Positions 27,222-40,812 of a stretch of DNA of 64,000 nt are shown here, piece after piece. The notes under the pieces are model-generated. The model was not told where the DNA came from, did not search any database, and saw nothing but the letters and a program-made list of their open reading frames with translations. The DNA is from Octopus vulgaris (Eukaryota). Both the position numbers and the translations under genes were made by a program. The DNA is taken from assembly GCA_951406725.2 (NCBI GenBank), contig OX597816.1, positions 4,588,001 to 4,652,000 on the forward strand. Reading direction: 5' to 3'. Every line of letters begins with the position of its first letter. The first letter of the stretch is position 1.

Positions 27222-27645
27222 AAGGCGGTGTGCTGGCAGAAATGTTAGCATGCCAGGTAAAATGCTTAGTGGTATTTCATCTGTCGTTACATTCTGGGTT
27301 CAAATTCTGCTGAGGTTAACTTTGCTTTTTATCCTTTTGGGTTTGATAAATTAAGTATCAGTTGCGTACTGGGGTGGATCTAATCGACTGACCCCTTCCC
27401 CCAAAATTTCAGGTCTTGTGTGTAGAGTAGAAAGAATTATCTGGCAAAAACGTAAGCATGCCAGGTAAAATGCTTAGTAGTATTTCGTCTATCTTTACAT
27501 TCTGAGTTCAAATTCTGCAGAGGTCACCTTTGCCTGTTATCCTTTCAAAGTTGGTAAATTAAGTACCAGTTGCATACTGGGTTCGATCTAATCAACTGAT
27601 CCCTTCCCCCGAAGATTCGGGCCTTTTGCCTAGAGTAAAAAAGAA
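27222..27645 (+). mobile_element. Two tandem family C SINE copies
   Basis: Head, core and ...TAGAGTA(G/A)AAA tail present twice. Confidence 0.8.
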
Positions 27646-27984
27646 CATACATTTTATGGAGATACTGATGCTGGTCTTTCCCTTCCTGCCACTTCTTCTT
27701 GTCTTTCTTCTTCTCCTCCTATTACACATCCTCTTCTTCACTCCTCCCTCCACTCCTCTTCTTCTTCTTTGCCTCTTCCTCCTCCTCTTACTACAACTAC
27801 TACTAGTACTAAAGTGGAAGAAGTCAGTGAAATCCTTGCCTTTGATTTTTCAAACTTGACATGACTAGTATAATCAAGAGTGATTTTAGCCATCCTCATC
27901 ATCATCTTTAAAACAAAACCCAGATCTCTTTGACCAGAACGAACCAAATATCGTTAGATACAATTATAAAAAAAATCTTTGAAT

Positions 27985-28219
27985 TCTTTACATTTGACGG
28001 ATATTTGTTCTCATCTTGTTTGTTGTTAACACAATATTTCGGCTGATATACTCTCCAGCCTTCATCAGGAGTCTTGGGGAAATTTCAAACCTGGGTTCTC
28101 ATTCCTTTGGTATTTTTCAATGTTATTATTATTATTATTATTGTTCAGGTCACTGCCTGGAATCGAACTCAGAATCTTGGGGTTAGTAGCCCACACTCTT
28201 AACCATTACGCCATATGCT
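27985..28219 (-). mobile_element. Family F SINE: tRNA head, (TAA)n linker and hammerhead-bearing tail
   Basis: A box TGGCGTAATGG, B box GAGTTCGATTCC, then CTGATGA-A-GGCTG...CAGCC-GAAA. Confidence 0.7.
28028..28073 (-). ncRNA. Hammerhead-like fold (partly decayed)
   Basis: GACTC-CTGATGA-A-GGCTG-GAGAGTATAT-CAGCC-GAAA-TA-TT-GTGTT; perfect 5-bp stem II, stem I with one mismatch. Confidence 0.55.
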
Positions 28220-28903
28220 TATCAGACATTTTTAATCTTTAAGTTAGTTATAAAGTATTTCAGTAACTTCCATCACTGACCGATTTCTGCTACTGCTAAG
28301 TCATGTTGTCGGCACATTTAGAAAAGAAGCCATTATAGTAGAGGGATGTGTGATAGATGGAGGGTACCTCTAAGTTGGGAGGAGAATTTTGGCTTCTGTT
28401 TATTGGCACAACAAATAATTTGTTTAGAATTTCCAACACTAACTTACGAATTAATCGTAAACATCTACCTTGCGGAAATATAGATTTACATAAATGATGA
28501 AGTTAGACAATTATTTTAAAAATATTTTCATCTAAAATATTCAGTAAATTACTCAGGTATTTATGGAAACTCATTACAGAATCAAAAGCAAAACTTTAAA
28601 TTCAAAATATTTCTTTTCAAAATTTTATTTATTTATAATGTTTATTATGTCTTACATAGTTTTGCCTTGAAATAAAAAAAATATTAAAAAAAGATATAAA
28701 AGAAAATGTAAACTACATGTAACTACTGGCATGGCTCTGTGGTTAGCAAGCTCACTTTGCAACCACGTGGCTTCAGGTTCAATCCCAATGTGCAGCACCC
28801 TAAGCATGTGTCTTTTACTGTAATTCTAGGTACTGACCAATGCCTTGGGAGGAAATTTTGGGTAGAGGATCTGTTTAAAATGCTGTTACGTTGTATATAT
28901 ATA

Positions 28904-29300
28904 CATCATCATCATCATCATTTAATGTCCATTGTCCATGCTGGCATGGGTTGGACGGTTTGACCAGGGCTGGCAAGCTGGAAGGCTGAACCAGACTCCA
29001 GTCTGACTTGGCATGCTTTTCTATGGCTAGCGGTTGGCCCTTTCTAATGCCAACCACTCCAAGAGTACAATGGGTGCTTTTACATGCCACTGGTACAGGT
29101 ACCATTTGCAAGTCACAGGGATGCTTTTATGTGCCACCAGCATGGATAGCAATTTGTGTGACACCGGTATCTGCCATGACTAACTTTGCTCGGTTGATGG
29201 GTCCTCTTCTCAAGCATGACATAATACCGAAGATCTTGGTCATTGTCTTTGTGTGGCCCAGCACTCAAAAGGAAATTGGCCACTTTGTCTCCATGAGATA
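28904..29300 (-). mobile_element. Family A RTE 3' end with ORF remnant
   Basis: (CAT)n tail; DQDLRYYVMLEK remnant. Confidence 0.8.
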
Positions 29301-29329
29301 TATACATATATCCACAAACACACAAGCAG

Positions 29330-30180
29330 TTTTCCACTGGTGCCATGTAAAAAGCTCTCGTGCTGATGCTACGTAGAAAGCTCTCATGTTGGAGTCACAT
29401 AAAAACCACCCATGTTGGTGTCACATGAAAGTCACCCATGCCAGTGTCAAGTAAAGCACACCAATGGCGGTTCCATGTAGAAAGCACCCCACTTTACAGT
29501 CTTTGGTTGGTGTTAGGAAGAACATCCAGTAAAGGCAGCGAGCTGGCAGAAACGTTAGCACGCTGGGTGAAATGCTTAGCATTATTTCATCTGCCGCTAC
29601 GTTCTGAGTTCAAATTCTGCCGAGGTCGACTTTGCCTTTCATCCTTTCGGGGTCGATTAAATAAGTACCAGTTGCACACTGGCGTCGATCTAATCGACTT
29701 AATCCTTTTGTCTGTCCTTGTTTGTCCCCTCTATGTTTAGCCCCTTGTGCCTTGAGGGTAGTAAAGAAATAAGAATCGTTAGCACACCAGGTAAAATGCT
29801 TAGCATTATTTTGTCTGCCGCTACGTTCTGAGTTCAAATTCCGCTGAGGTCGACTTTGCCTTTCATCCTTTCAGGGTCGATTAAATAAGTACGAGTTACG
29901 CACTGGGGTCGATATAATCGACTTAATCCGTTAGTCTGTCCTTGTTTGTCTTCTCTGTGTGTAGCACCTTGTGGCTAATAAAGAAATAAGTAAGAACATC
30001 CAGCCATAGAAACCATGCTGAAAACAGATGACTGGAGACTGTTGCAGCCCTCCAGCCTTGCCAGCTCCTGTCAAACCGCCCAACCCATGCCAGCATTGAA
30101 AACAGACATTAAATGATGGTGATGATGATTATGGTGGTGGTGGTGGTGGTGGTGGTGATGATGATGATGATGATGATGCG
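29330..30180 (+). mobile_element. Family A copy interrupted by a family C dimer (29533-29990)
   Basis: AAGAACATCCAG duplicated at 29518-29529 and 29992-30003. Confidence 0.85.
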
Positions 30181-31044
30181 GAGGAGGGTGGAGGAGGGAG
30201 GAGGAGGAGTGAGGGGGAGGAGGAGGAGTGAAGGAGGAGTGTGTTTATGTTTCTCCTTCACCACCACCACCACCACTGCTCCACAGCCAGTTTTGGTTTG
30301 TTTACATCCCCATGCCTTAGCAGTTTGACAAGAGAGACCAATAAAATGAATACCACACTAAAAAAAAAACAGAAAATAGTTATTATTGCAGATTTATTTG
30401 ACTAAACTTTTCAAGGCAGTGCCCCAGCATGGCCACAGTCTAATGAGTGAAACAGCTAAAAGCTGAAGATAAAAGATCATATCCACCTCGTCTTCACACA
30501 AGGAACATTTCCCAAGAAATCTGATTCTTTGATTCCCAACACCATAAATTGGAATTAAAATTAATGTGTGCAGTTCGACCCCTGGTTGCAACCATTTCAC
30601 TTCATTTTAATCAGCAATTTGTTTTGTTTTTTTTTTATTTATATATGTCAACCAACAAGTTTCATGTAACCGTTGAAAAATTAGTGAAAACCAATTAAAA
30701 TGAAATTTCTGAACCTTTATCAAACATCCAAATAAAGAGTTGAATAGCTGGGGCTTTAATCTGGTGACCTGTTCCAACATGTTACAATTAATCAACACTA
30801 AAAACGCCAATCTAAGCTGTGTTTCAGGTCTCACAGCTCATACATTTAATCCTGTCAGGGTTGGCTTAGCCTTTCAACTATTTGATGCTAATAAAATACA
30901 TTATAATGATACACATGGCCTGCTTGGAATTACACAATATTGAATTCTGTGGATCATTATGAAGAATTATGGCTGGCCATATTGATGATTCCTTGATCAG
31001 CAGTTTATTTTTACATTGTTGACGAGAGCTTCCCAGCAGCACAA

Positions 31045-31900
31045 GGATAGAGCTATCCGACAAGAAAGATTGACACAGATGTATTTAACAACACTAACAG
31101 AGCTATCTGACAATGCTAAAAGTGTTATCCAACAACACAAACAGAGCTATCCAAAACACTAACAGAGCTAAAAACACCCAACAACACAAACAGAGCTAAC
31201 CAACAACACTAGCAAGGCTATCTCATCATCATCGTGTAACGTCCACTTTCCATGCTAACATGGGTTGGACGATTTTGACTGAGGGCTGGCAAACCAGATG
31301 GCTGCACCAGGCTCCAGTCTTGATCTGGCAGAGTTTCTACAGCTGGGTGCCCTTCCTAACGCCAACCATTCCGAGAGTGTAGTGGGTGCTTTTTACATGC
31401 CACTGGCACGGGGGCCATTCAGGCGGTACTGGCAACAACCTCACTCAGATCGTTTTACACATGCCACCGGCACAGGTGCCAGTAAGGCGACGTTGGTAAC
31501 AATCACACTCGAATGGTGCCCTTTTATGTGCCACTGGCACGGAAGCAAGTTAGCCGCTCTGGCACCGATCACACTCAGGTGGTGCTCTTGGCAACCTACT
31601 AGCATAGGCACAAGTGCCAGTAAGGCAACGCTGGTAATGATCACACTCAAATGGTGCCTTTTATGTGCCACTGGCATGGAAGCTGGTTTGCTGCTCTGAT
31701 AACACTATCTGATAACACTAAAAGAGTTATCTGATAACACTAACAGAGCTGTCCAACATCACTAATAGAGTTGTCCAACAACACTAACAGAGTCATCAAG
31801 CAACACTAATAAAGCTATCCAATGACAACATTAACACACAACTAATATAACAAACACTGTCCAACCATGCCTTACACAGACCTGTCTAACCATGTTAATA
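31045..31900. repeat. Degenerate ~22-bp minisatellite (CAACACTAACAGAGCTATCCAA) split by a family A insertion (31224-31697, -)
   Basis: Units visible at 31045-31222 and 31698-31900. Confidence 0.8.
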
Positions 31901-32077
31901 CTGGGTCAACCAGTATTCTTTTCTACTCTAGGCACAAGGCCCAAAATTTTTGGGGAGGGGGCCAGTCAATTAGATCGATCCCAGTACACAACTGGTACTC
32001 AGTTTATCGACTCTTAAAGGATGAATGGCAAAGTTGACCTCAGCAGAATTTGAACTCTGAATGTAAAGACAGACAAA

Positions 32078-32192
32078 GCAAAACAAACAAAATCAGTGTT
32101 CTTATGTCGGGGTTCTTATGGAGTTGTGTCGACCAGTAATATCAACACAACTCCATAAGGACACTGACATACACGTGATTTTGTTTGGTTGC
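32078..32192. repeat. ~115-nt imperfect hairpin
   Basis: CAAACAAAATCA..TATGTC..CTTATGGAGTTGTGTCGA pairs with TCAACACAACTCCATAAGG..GACATA..TGATTTTGTTTG. Confidence 0.8.
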
Positions 32193-32429
32193 TTGTTATT
32201 TTATTATCTCTTTTGTTAGTGATTCTGACCTAAATAAGGCTCCATCTTCCTGTAGCATAAAGGACTATGAAAAAGGAAAAGAAGGGCCAAAAATATTCAA
32301 AAGGCGTTGATTGACAGAAAGTTTAAAGGACTGAATATCAGCGATGAGAGGAAAACAAAATGATTGTAAAAGGGTTCTAGAGATTAAGAGTGCAAGAAAA
32401 AAAGCCATTTAAAACAAAACTATTTATAA

Positions 32430-32925
32430 CTGAGAAGACCCCAGCAAGTCAAGTGAGATCGTGGCCATTGCCGATGCCAGTGTTGCATAATCAGCCCATT
32501 TAAGAGTGTCCTTCAATCATTGGGCAATATACTGTGCTTGAGAAAACCTGTTGAATCAAGCGAAATCATAGTTGTGGCAGATGCCAGTGCCACCTGACTG
32601 GTACCCATGCCTTGCCTGTCCTCAATCAAACCTATTTCTTTACTACCCACAAGGGGCTAAACACAGAGAGGACAAACAAGGACAGACAAACGGATTAAGT
32701 CGATTATATCGACCCCAGTGCATAAATGGTACTTAATTTATCGACCTGGAAAGGATGAAAGGCAAAGTTGACTTCGGCAGAATTTGAACTCAGAATGTAA
32801 AGACGGACGAAAAATTGCTAAGCATTTCGCCCGGCGTGCTAACGTTTCTGCCAGCTCGCCGCCTCAATCAAACCATCCAACCCATGCCAGCATGAAAAAC
32901 GGACATTAAATGATGATGATGATGG
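32430..32925 (+). mobile_element. Family A copy interrupted by a family C SINE (32630-32864, -)
   Basis: CCTCAATCAAACC occurs on both sides of the SINE. Confidence 0.8.
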
Positions 32926-33181
32926 GGACAATGATAACTAACAGGAAGCTCAACAAAGAAATGATGCATCTGGGAAGAGAAATGGGTGCTGAGAGGATAG
33001 AAGATGAGAAATTTCATGAGAGTCAATGACCAGTGAAATACTTATATAAAAAATGACAACGAAGACATTTTGACGGTGAGTCAAAAACTTCAGCCTATTA
33101 TAAACTTTACGATAGAACTATCCAAAAACATTAAGACACAGTTATGAACAGAAGCACATAATAACTATAACACCATGGAGA

Positions 33182-33390
33182 CATCGTCATCATCATCATC
33201 ATCGTTTAACATCTGCTTTCTGTGCTAGCATGGGGTTGGACGGTTCGACCGGGGTCTGGGAAGCCAGGAGGCTGCACCAGGCTCCAGTCTGATCTGGCAG
33301 TGTTTCTACAGCTGGATGCCCTTCCTAACGCCAACCACTCCGTGAGTGTAGTGGGGGCTTTTCCTACATGCCACCGGCACAGGTGCCAGG
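33182..33390 (-). mobile_element. Family A RTE 3' end
   Basis: Same signature as other family A copies. Confidence 0.85.
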
Positions 33391-34107
33391 GGATATATAA
33401 TTGTGATCCCAATTAGACAGAATAATGAGCAAGAAATTGTCTTTGCCAAGGACAAATCCCAATGTTGGTGACAGCATTGTGCTGTGTCCATGATTCAGAC
33501 AATTGACTTTCTCTGGCTCAGTTCACTAGTCTGTCAACAAGCTCCATGTGTAGTCACCTCATATTGCAAACTGGTAGAACAATATATATTATTTTATACA
33601 GATCAATAACATGTGGCACTTCATTCAAATTATCCCATGGGTATAGCTTAGAAAGTAGGTTCGTTCCAATTAGCTGACATTCCACAAAAATACAAATTCT
33701 TCAGTGGTGATGCTAAAACCAAGTATTTATGGACTTCAATTAAAAAGAGAATTCTTTAACTCACAAGTGACAAATCAATGGAATCAATACCACACAAAGA
33801 TCAAGACACTTTCCAAACACTTTTTAACTTTTAACAATCGCATTCATTTTCTTTTAAATTCTCTCAGACCACTTTTTTTAATTGTTCTCTTTTTATCCAT
33901 ATTTTTACCTTTACTGGTGACTCATTTTTACTATTTTCGAAATTGCCTGCCAAAACCAGCAATTTTTGGATGTATTTCTGATGATATTCATAAAAAAACT
34001 AAATCCCCCGTGGCATCGCTTCATGAAACCATGTTGCATTAAAATACAAAACTTGTCTTCTTCCATTCCTTCTTTCCTTCTATCTTACTTCATTCTCTCC
34101 CTCTTTC

Positions 34108-34146
<39 letters not shown>

Positions 34147-34669
34147 TTCTTGATAAGTCACAACGAGCAAAGAAAACAATTCTAAAATACAGACAAATAA
34201 ATTAGTTGGAATTCTCAAAATAACAGAAGTAGTCGACTCTCCACAAACGGATGATAGCATCATATGCCAGATTCAGCCTCCCACCGGTCAACAGCATAAT
34301 GTCACTTGTTATTCGGTAAAAAAAACTTATTAATAATAGATGTTGTGAAACTACATAATAAATTCTTGGTATTTATAAATATCTTATTTCATGCTTTATT
34401 TTCTGTTTTAGTCAACTTGATGCTGACAAAGTCGTACAAATGACAATCTCAAGTAGTGAACATCTCGTAGAATATTTTGTTTTTTTTAGTTTTTTTGCTC
34501 TGAGAATCATCCAATGACTGGTCAGACTCATTTGTTATGCATACGTCTATGCACAGGCTTACACACACATCAAGTATATATACATGCCAGTGCGTATAAA
34601 CATACATATATATGTGTATGTATACACATCTATATTCACTCACACACACACACCAGATATACATGTATT

Positions 34670-34700
<31 letters not shown>

Positions 34701-34845
34701 ATGTATATGTGTGTATGTGTGTGTGTGTGTATAAATGCACGCATACGCATGTATATATATGTGTGTCTATGTATATATATATATATATAAATATATGCCC
34801 TCACACACACACCAGATATATATGTATATATATGTGTGTGTGTCC

Positions 34846-34895
<50 letters not shown>

Positions 34896-35202
34896 ATATA
34901 TATATATATATATATATATGTACGTATGTATATCCTCATCATCATCATCACTTGCAAGACTTCAGCTACAGCAGGAGACACTTGCCCTAGGTATTGCATC
35001 TTCATCATCATCATCGTTTAACGTTTGCTTTCCATGCTAGCATGGGTTGGACGATTTTGACAGAGGGCTGGGGAACCAGATGGCTGCATCAGGCTCCAAT
35101 CTGATCTGGCAGAGTTTCTAGATTGGATATATATATATATATATAACGGACTAAACACATAAATGTGAAACAAGGTGGAAAAAAGAGTACTCAAATACCA
35201 GT

Positions 35203-35239
<37 letters not shown>

Positions 35240-35519
35240 CCAATACCTCAGTCCTTTTCTTGCATAAACTCTAAATTCTCTACCTTTATAAATGTAATTG
35301 CTTCAATTTATTTCTATATTTCTATATTTTTGTAAATTTCAAAGGTTCCAGAAGACAGTCCTCCCGAGAGTTACATAAGAAAAGTCCTTAGCCATTTGCA
35401 AAGCAGGAATATGAAATTTTATTTTACTTTCAGTGGTAAGTGAGCCCTTTTTCAAATTTAATTTTAAAGGAAATCCTTTTAGCTTTATAGTTTAGGTCAG
35501 GGATTCTCAACCAGGGTCC

Positions 35520-36105
<586 letters not shown>

Positions 36106-36396
36106 TACATATATATATACATATATATATGTATGTATATGTGTGTGTACATACACACACACACATACAATGGGCTTCTTTCAATTTCCATCTACCAAAT
36201 CCACTCACAAGACTTTAGCCAGCCTTGGTCTATAGCAGGAGACACTTGCCCTAGGTGCTACAAGATGGGATTGAACCCCATACCATGTAGTTGAGCTTTT
36301 ATAACACAGACACACACGCATATGTATATAGAACAACTGATGGAAAAGGAAATGAAGAAAGCCAGAGGCTTATCTTCAGAAGGATACTGTCAAAGA

Positions 36397-36785
36397 GGCG
36401 GAGGCGCAATGGCCCGGTGGTTAGGGCACCGGACTCGCGGTCGTAGGATCGCGGTTTCGATTCCCAGACCGGGCGTTGTGAGTGTTTATTGAGCGAAAAC
36501 ACCTAAAGCTCCACGAGGCTCCAGCAGGGGATGGTGGTGATCCCTGCTGTACTCTTTCACCACAACTTTCTCTCACTCTTTCTTCCTGTTTCTGTCGTAC
36601 CTGTATTTCAAAGGGCCAGCCTTGTCACTCTCTGTGTCACGCTGAATATCCCCGAGAACTACGTTAAGGGTACACGTGTCTGTGGAGTGCTCAGCCACTT
36701 ACACGTTAATTTCACGAGCAGGCTGTTCCATTGATCGGATCAACCGGAACCCTTGTCATCATAACCGACGGAGTGCTTCCATCCA
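36397..36785 (+). mobile_element. Family G young tRNA-derived SINE with 26-bp TSD
   Basis: A box TGGCCCGGTGG, B box GTTTCGATTCC; TATCTTCAGAAGGATACTGTCAAAGA at 36371-36396 and 36786-36811; CpG-rich. Confidence 0.9.
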
Positions 36786-37085
36786 TATCTTCAGAAGGAT
36801 ACTGTCAAAGAACTGTGTGTTGTACTCTTGCTCAAGGTATCATGGTTTCAATTCCTAGATCGGGTGGTGTGTTGTGTTCTTGAGCAAAGCACTTCATCTC
36901 CCATTGGTCTGCAATCTCTTCGACACCTGAAACATGGTGCACCATGCACCTGTTCAGAAAATGTCAATTTGATGGATGGAGAGAGCCTACATGTGGCATG
37001 GACATTTGATCGCTATAAACGAATCATTTATGCAGGTTGTTCAGCAAAAGCTGAACACTCAGATGTCTTCTTCAATGGCAGAGTG

Positions 37086-37637
37086 CATCATCATCATCAT
37101 CATCATCGTTTAACGTCCGCTTTCTGTGCTAGCATGGGTTGGACGATTTGACCGAGGGCTGGCGAACCAGACTCCAATCTGATCTAACAGAGTTTCTACA
37201 GCTGGATGCCCTTCCTAACGCCAACCACTCCGAGAGTGTAGTGGGGGCTTCTTACGTGCCACCGGCATGAGGACTAGTCAGGCTGTACTGGCAACGGCCT
37301 CGCTTGAATCTTTTTACACATGCCACCGGCACAGGTGCCAATAAGGTGACATTGGTAATGATCACACTCGAATGCTGCCTTTTATGTGCCACTGGCACAG
37401 AAGCCGGTTAGCCATTCTGTCAAAGCTCACGCTCGGATGGTGCTCTTTGCACCCCATTAGCATGGATGCCAGTCATCAGATTTGATTTTGATTTTGATTT
37501 CACTCGCCTAAACAGGTCTTCGCAAGCGGAGTTTAGTGTCCAAAGAAGGAAAAGGTACGCATAAGTGGGCTGGTTACGCTCCTGGCATAGGCCACGGGTT
37601 ATGGTCTCATTTGGCTTGCCGGGTCTTCTTAAGCATC
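37086..37637 (-). mobile_element. Family A RTE 3' UTR extending to the ORF stop region
   Basis: Homologous to 14855-15410. Confidence 0.85.
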
Positions 37638-38431
37638 ATATATACATACGAATTGCCATTACGTTATACAAAGATACTCAAAAATACAATGGTCTTCAAA
37701 CTGCCAATCGAACAAATAGAATGAAACAATCCATTGATGTAAAACAAGAACGGCAAACAACAGCAGAATCATAATCGAGTGATGCAACCCTATTTTTTCT
37801 AATGCTGTAAGACACATATTAGGAAACAAGCCACAAAGAACAGAAGCCTTCCAAATAACAGGGTTAGTAGAAACTGGACAATAGATTTAAAGAATGGTAA
37901 TGAACTTAAAAATAAACTGGGCACAATAAATTCTTGAATGAAGATTCACTGAATCAGAAAATTTGACTTTCAGCAATATCTAATTTGTTAAAGCCGGGAT
38001 ACCAAATTTCCCAATGATAATGCCACAACCATAAATATGAATAAATACTGGTAAATAATGGTAAATAATGGTAAAATGAAACATTGTTGGTTACACTGTT
38101 TAAAATGTATTTAAACACGAGAGAATTCGATATATGAAAAGGTATGGAATAACGAAGCAAATTGGTATAATTATAATTAAATTTGTACCAAATCTAATAA
38201 GCTAGAGTGATGTAATACAGATAAAAAGAAATACCGAGATGAAAAGTGAAAAACTGTAAAGGAAACTGAAATAAATGGATCAAAATTTGATATGTAAAGT
38301 AAGGATGTGATATAATGAATAAATATACTGGTAGATTTAATCACTCTGGAGATTATGGACGATGTACAAGTTAAATACAATCCATTATGGTACAACCTTG
38401 GTGATAATTGAATTAAGAGATGCAATATCTA

Positions 38432-38792
38432 GTCTGTGTGTGTATGTATGTATGTATGTGTGTGTGTATGTATGTATGTATGTATGTATGTACATATGTA
38501 CGTATGTATGTATGTGTGTAAGTATGTATGTATGTGTGTATGTATGTATGTGTGTATGTATGTATGTATGTGTATATGTATGTATTTATGTATGTGTGTG
38601 TGTGTGTGTGAATGTATGTATGTATTATGTATGTATTTATGTATGTATGTATGTATGTATGTATGTATGTACATATGTACGTATGTATGTATGTATATGT
38701 GTATGTATGTATGTGTATATGTATGTATGAATGTATGTATGTATTATGTATGTATGTATGTGTGTGTATTTATGTGTGTGTGTGTGTATGTA
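38432..38792. repeat. (TATG)n/(TG)n array
   Basis: Visible in sequence. Confidence 0.95.
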
Positions 38793-39007
38793 TGGGGAGG
38801 AACCAAATGGAATCATGTAAAATGTAGGAATCAATAAAAGATGATTTTGTATGAATTCTCAGATATCACAGATATTATAGGAAAATAGAGTGAAATGTAA
38901 GTCAGGGAATGATTGAGATACACACACACACATACACACACACATATGCACACACATGCACACACACACACACACAAACATATATATATAGAGAGAGATG
39001 TAGATAA

Positions 39008-39312
39008 GTTTCTTTATTGGCCACACAGGGCTGCACACAGATGGGACAAGTTACAAGGTAGAGCTTTTCTTTTGGGGGAGAAAAAAAAAAAAAAGGTGGC
39101 ATAGGTTTTCGATCAAAAGGGATCATAAAAGGGAAAAAAGAACAAAAAGAAAGGAAAAAAAAGAAAAAAAGGAAAAGAAAAAAAGAAAAAAAAGGAAAAG
39201 AAAAAAAAGAAAACAGGGAAAAAAAGAAAAGAAAAATGAAAAAAGAAGAAAAAAGAGGAAAAAAGGGGGAGAGGAAAAAAGAACGATCAATAGAGATCGT
39301 GTATCACAGTGT
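39008..39312 (-). mobile_element. 3' end of an unassigned retroelement sharing the family C tail
   Basis: TTGTCCCATCTGTGTGCAGCCCTGTGTGGCCAATAAAGAAA versus family C TTGTCCCCTCTGTGTTTAGCCCCTTGTGGGTAGTAAAGAAA. Confidence 0.55.
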
Positions 39313-39390
39313 CATGAGATAGATAGGTAGATAGATTGACAAACAGACATGTAGACAGACAGACAGACAGATAGACAGACAGATAGATAA

Positions 39391-39453
<63 letters not shown>

Positions 39454-39589
39454 GAGAAAGTGAGAGAGAGATATGGCATGTATGTTAAGATCATGGTGAA
39501 ATTTATGAAAAATGACAAATTTAAGATTAAATTTAAGTCCCTAACTCCTACGCCTCGCTAATGTCATGCAAGTGGGAACGATTTCAAGA

Positions 39590-40501
39590 GTTGGGTTCAT
39601 GCCCCACACATAATAATCAAGGGGGTTGCAGTCTGGGGAGTTAGGTGGCCAAATGTTAGGGGTGATGTAGTCACAGAAATTGTCTGACAGCCATGTCTGG
39701 GTTCTCCTGCTTGCGTGGCATGGCGCAGAGTCCTATTGTCAGACGCAGAGTCTTCCAGCAGCCACCCTCTTGACCCAGGGCAGCACTACCTCCTCCAAGC
39801 ACTTAATGTAGGGAAGTTGAATGGAGGCATAACATCGCCATCGCTAGTGATCACTCCAAACACCATGGTGTTGACCGGATGTTTGATTTTTATCACTCTC
39901 AGTACATGTTTTGGGGACACAGCAAGCCAACGGTTGTTCTATGTGTTCTCAATCTGTCTGTATTGGAACTTCCGGCACAAATGCCAAGCAGTACAGCATG
40001 TTGTTTCCAAATTTCTGTCAGAGTGCTGACGTTATGGTGCTGTTTTTCTCTGAGATGGTGCCCAACTGACCCTACTATACTGTATAGCTGACAAAATCAA
40101 AAAACAAACAAAGTGCACGCAGGAGTATTTCTTATTTCGTGCTCTCTTTACTCTTTACTCTTTTACTTGTTTCAGTCATTTGACTGCGGCCATGCTGGAG
40201 CACCGCCTTTAGTCGAGCAACTCGACCCCAGGACATATTCTTTTGTTAGCCCAGTACTTATTCTATCGGTCTCTTTTGCCGAACCGCTAACTAAGTAACG
40301 GGAACATAAACACACCAGCATCAGTTGTCAAGCAATGCTAGGGGACAAACACAGACACACACACGCATATATATATATACATGGTTCCGGGTTCAGTCCC
40401 ACTGAGTGGCACCTTGGGGAAGTGTCTTCTACTATAGCCTCGGGCCGACCAAAGCCTTGTGATTGGATTTGGTAGACGGAAACTGAAAGAAGCCCGTCGT
40501 A

Positions 40502-40541
<40 letters not shown>

Positions 40542-40812
40542 TGTGTGTGTCTGTGTTTGTCCCCTAGCATTGCTTGACAACCGATGCTGGTGTGTTTATG
40601 TTCCCGTTACTTAGTTAGCGGTTCGGCAAAAGAGACCGATAGAATAAGTACTGGGCTTACAAAAGAATATGTCCCGGGGTCGAGTTGCCCGACTAAAGGC
40701 GGTGCTCCAGCATGGCCGCAGTCAAATGACTGAAACAAGTAAAAGAGTAAAAGAGTAAAGAGAGCACGAAATAAGAAATATAAAATGGTGACAATTTACC
40801 CATCGCACCTTG
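39590..40812 (-). mobile_element. Decayed maT (DD37D) Tc1/mariner transposon with a SINE inserted near its 5' end
   Basis: MVFGVITSDGDVMPPF..YIKCLEEVVLPW...*Q*DSAPCH...WPPNSPDCNPLDYYVWG with 37 residues between the last two Asp; terminal TA-CAAGGTGCGATGGG at 40814-40799. Confidence 0.85.
40118..40780. mobile_element. Family B SINE with an inverted duplication of its 3' half
   Basis: 40126-40380 is the reverse complement of ~40526-40780. Confidence 0.9.

Noticed and set aside
34157-34316. Open frame ..GILKITEVVDSPQTDDSIICQIQPPTGQQHNVTCYS followed by a possible short intron
   Set aside because: Weak acceptor, no recognisable domain, and the next segment stops after two codons.
36400-36475. 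tRNA genes here and at other SINE heads
   Set aside because: A/B boxes are present but no full cloverleaf, and each head continues into a SINE body.
37640-38430. A-rich region possibly a decayed LINE RT
   Set aside because: Too degenerate to identify motifs reliably.
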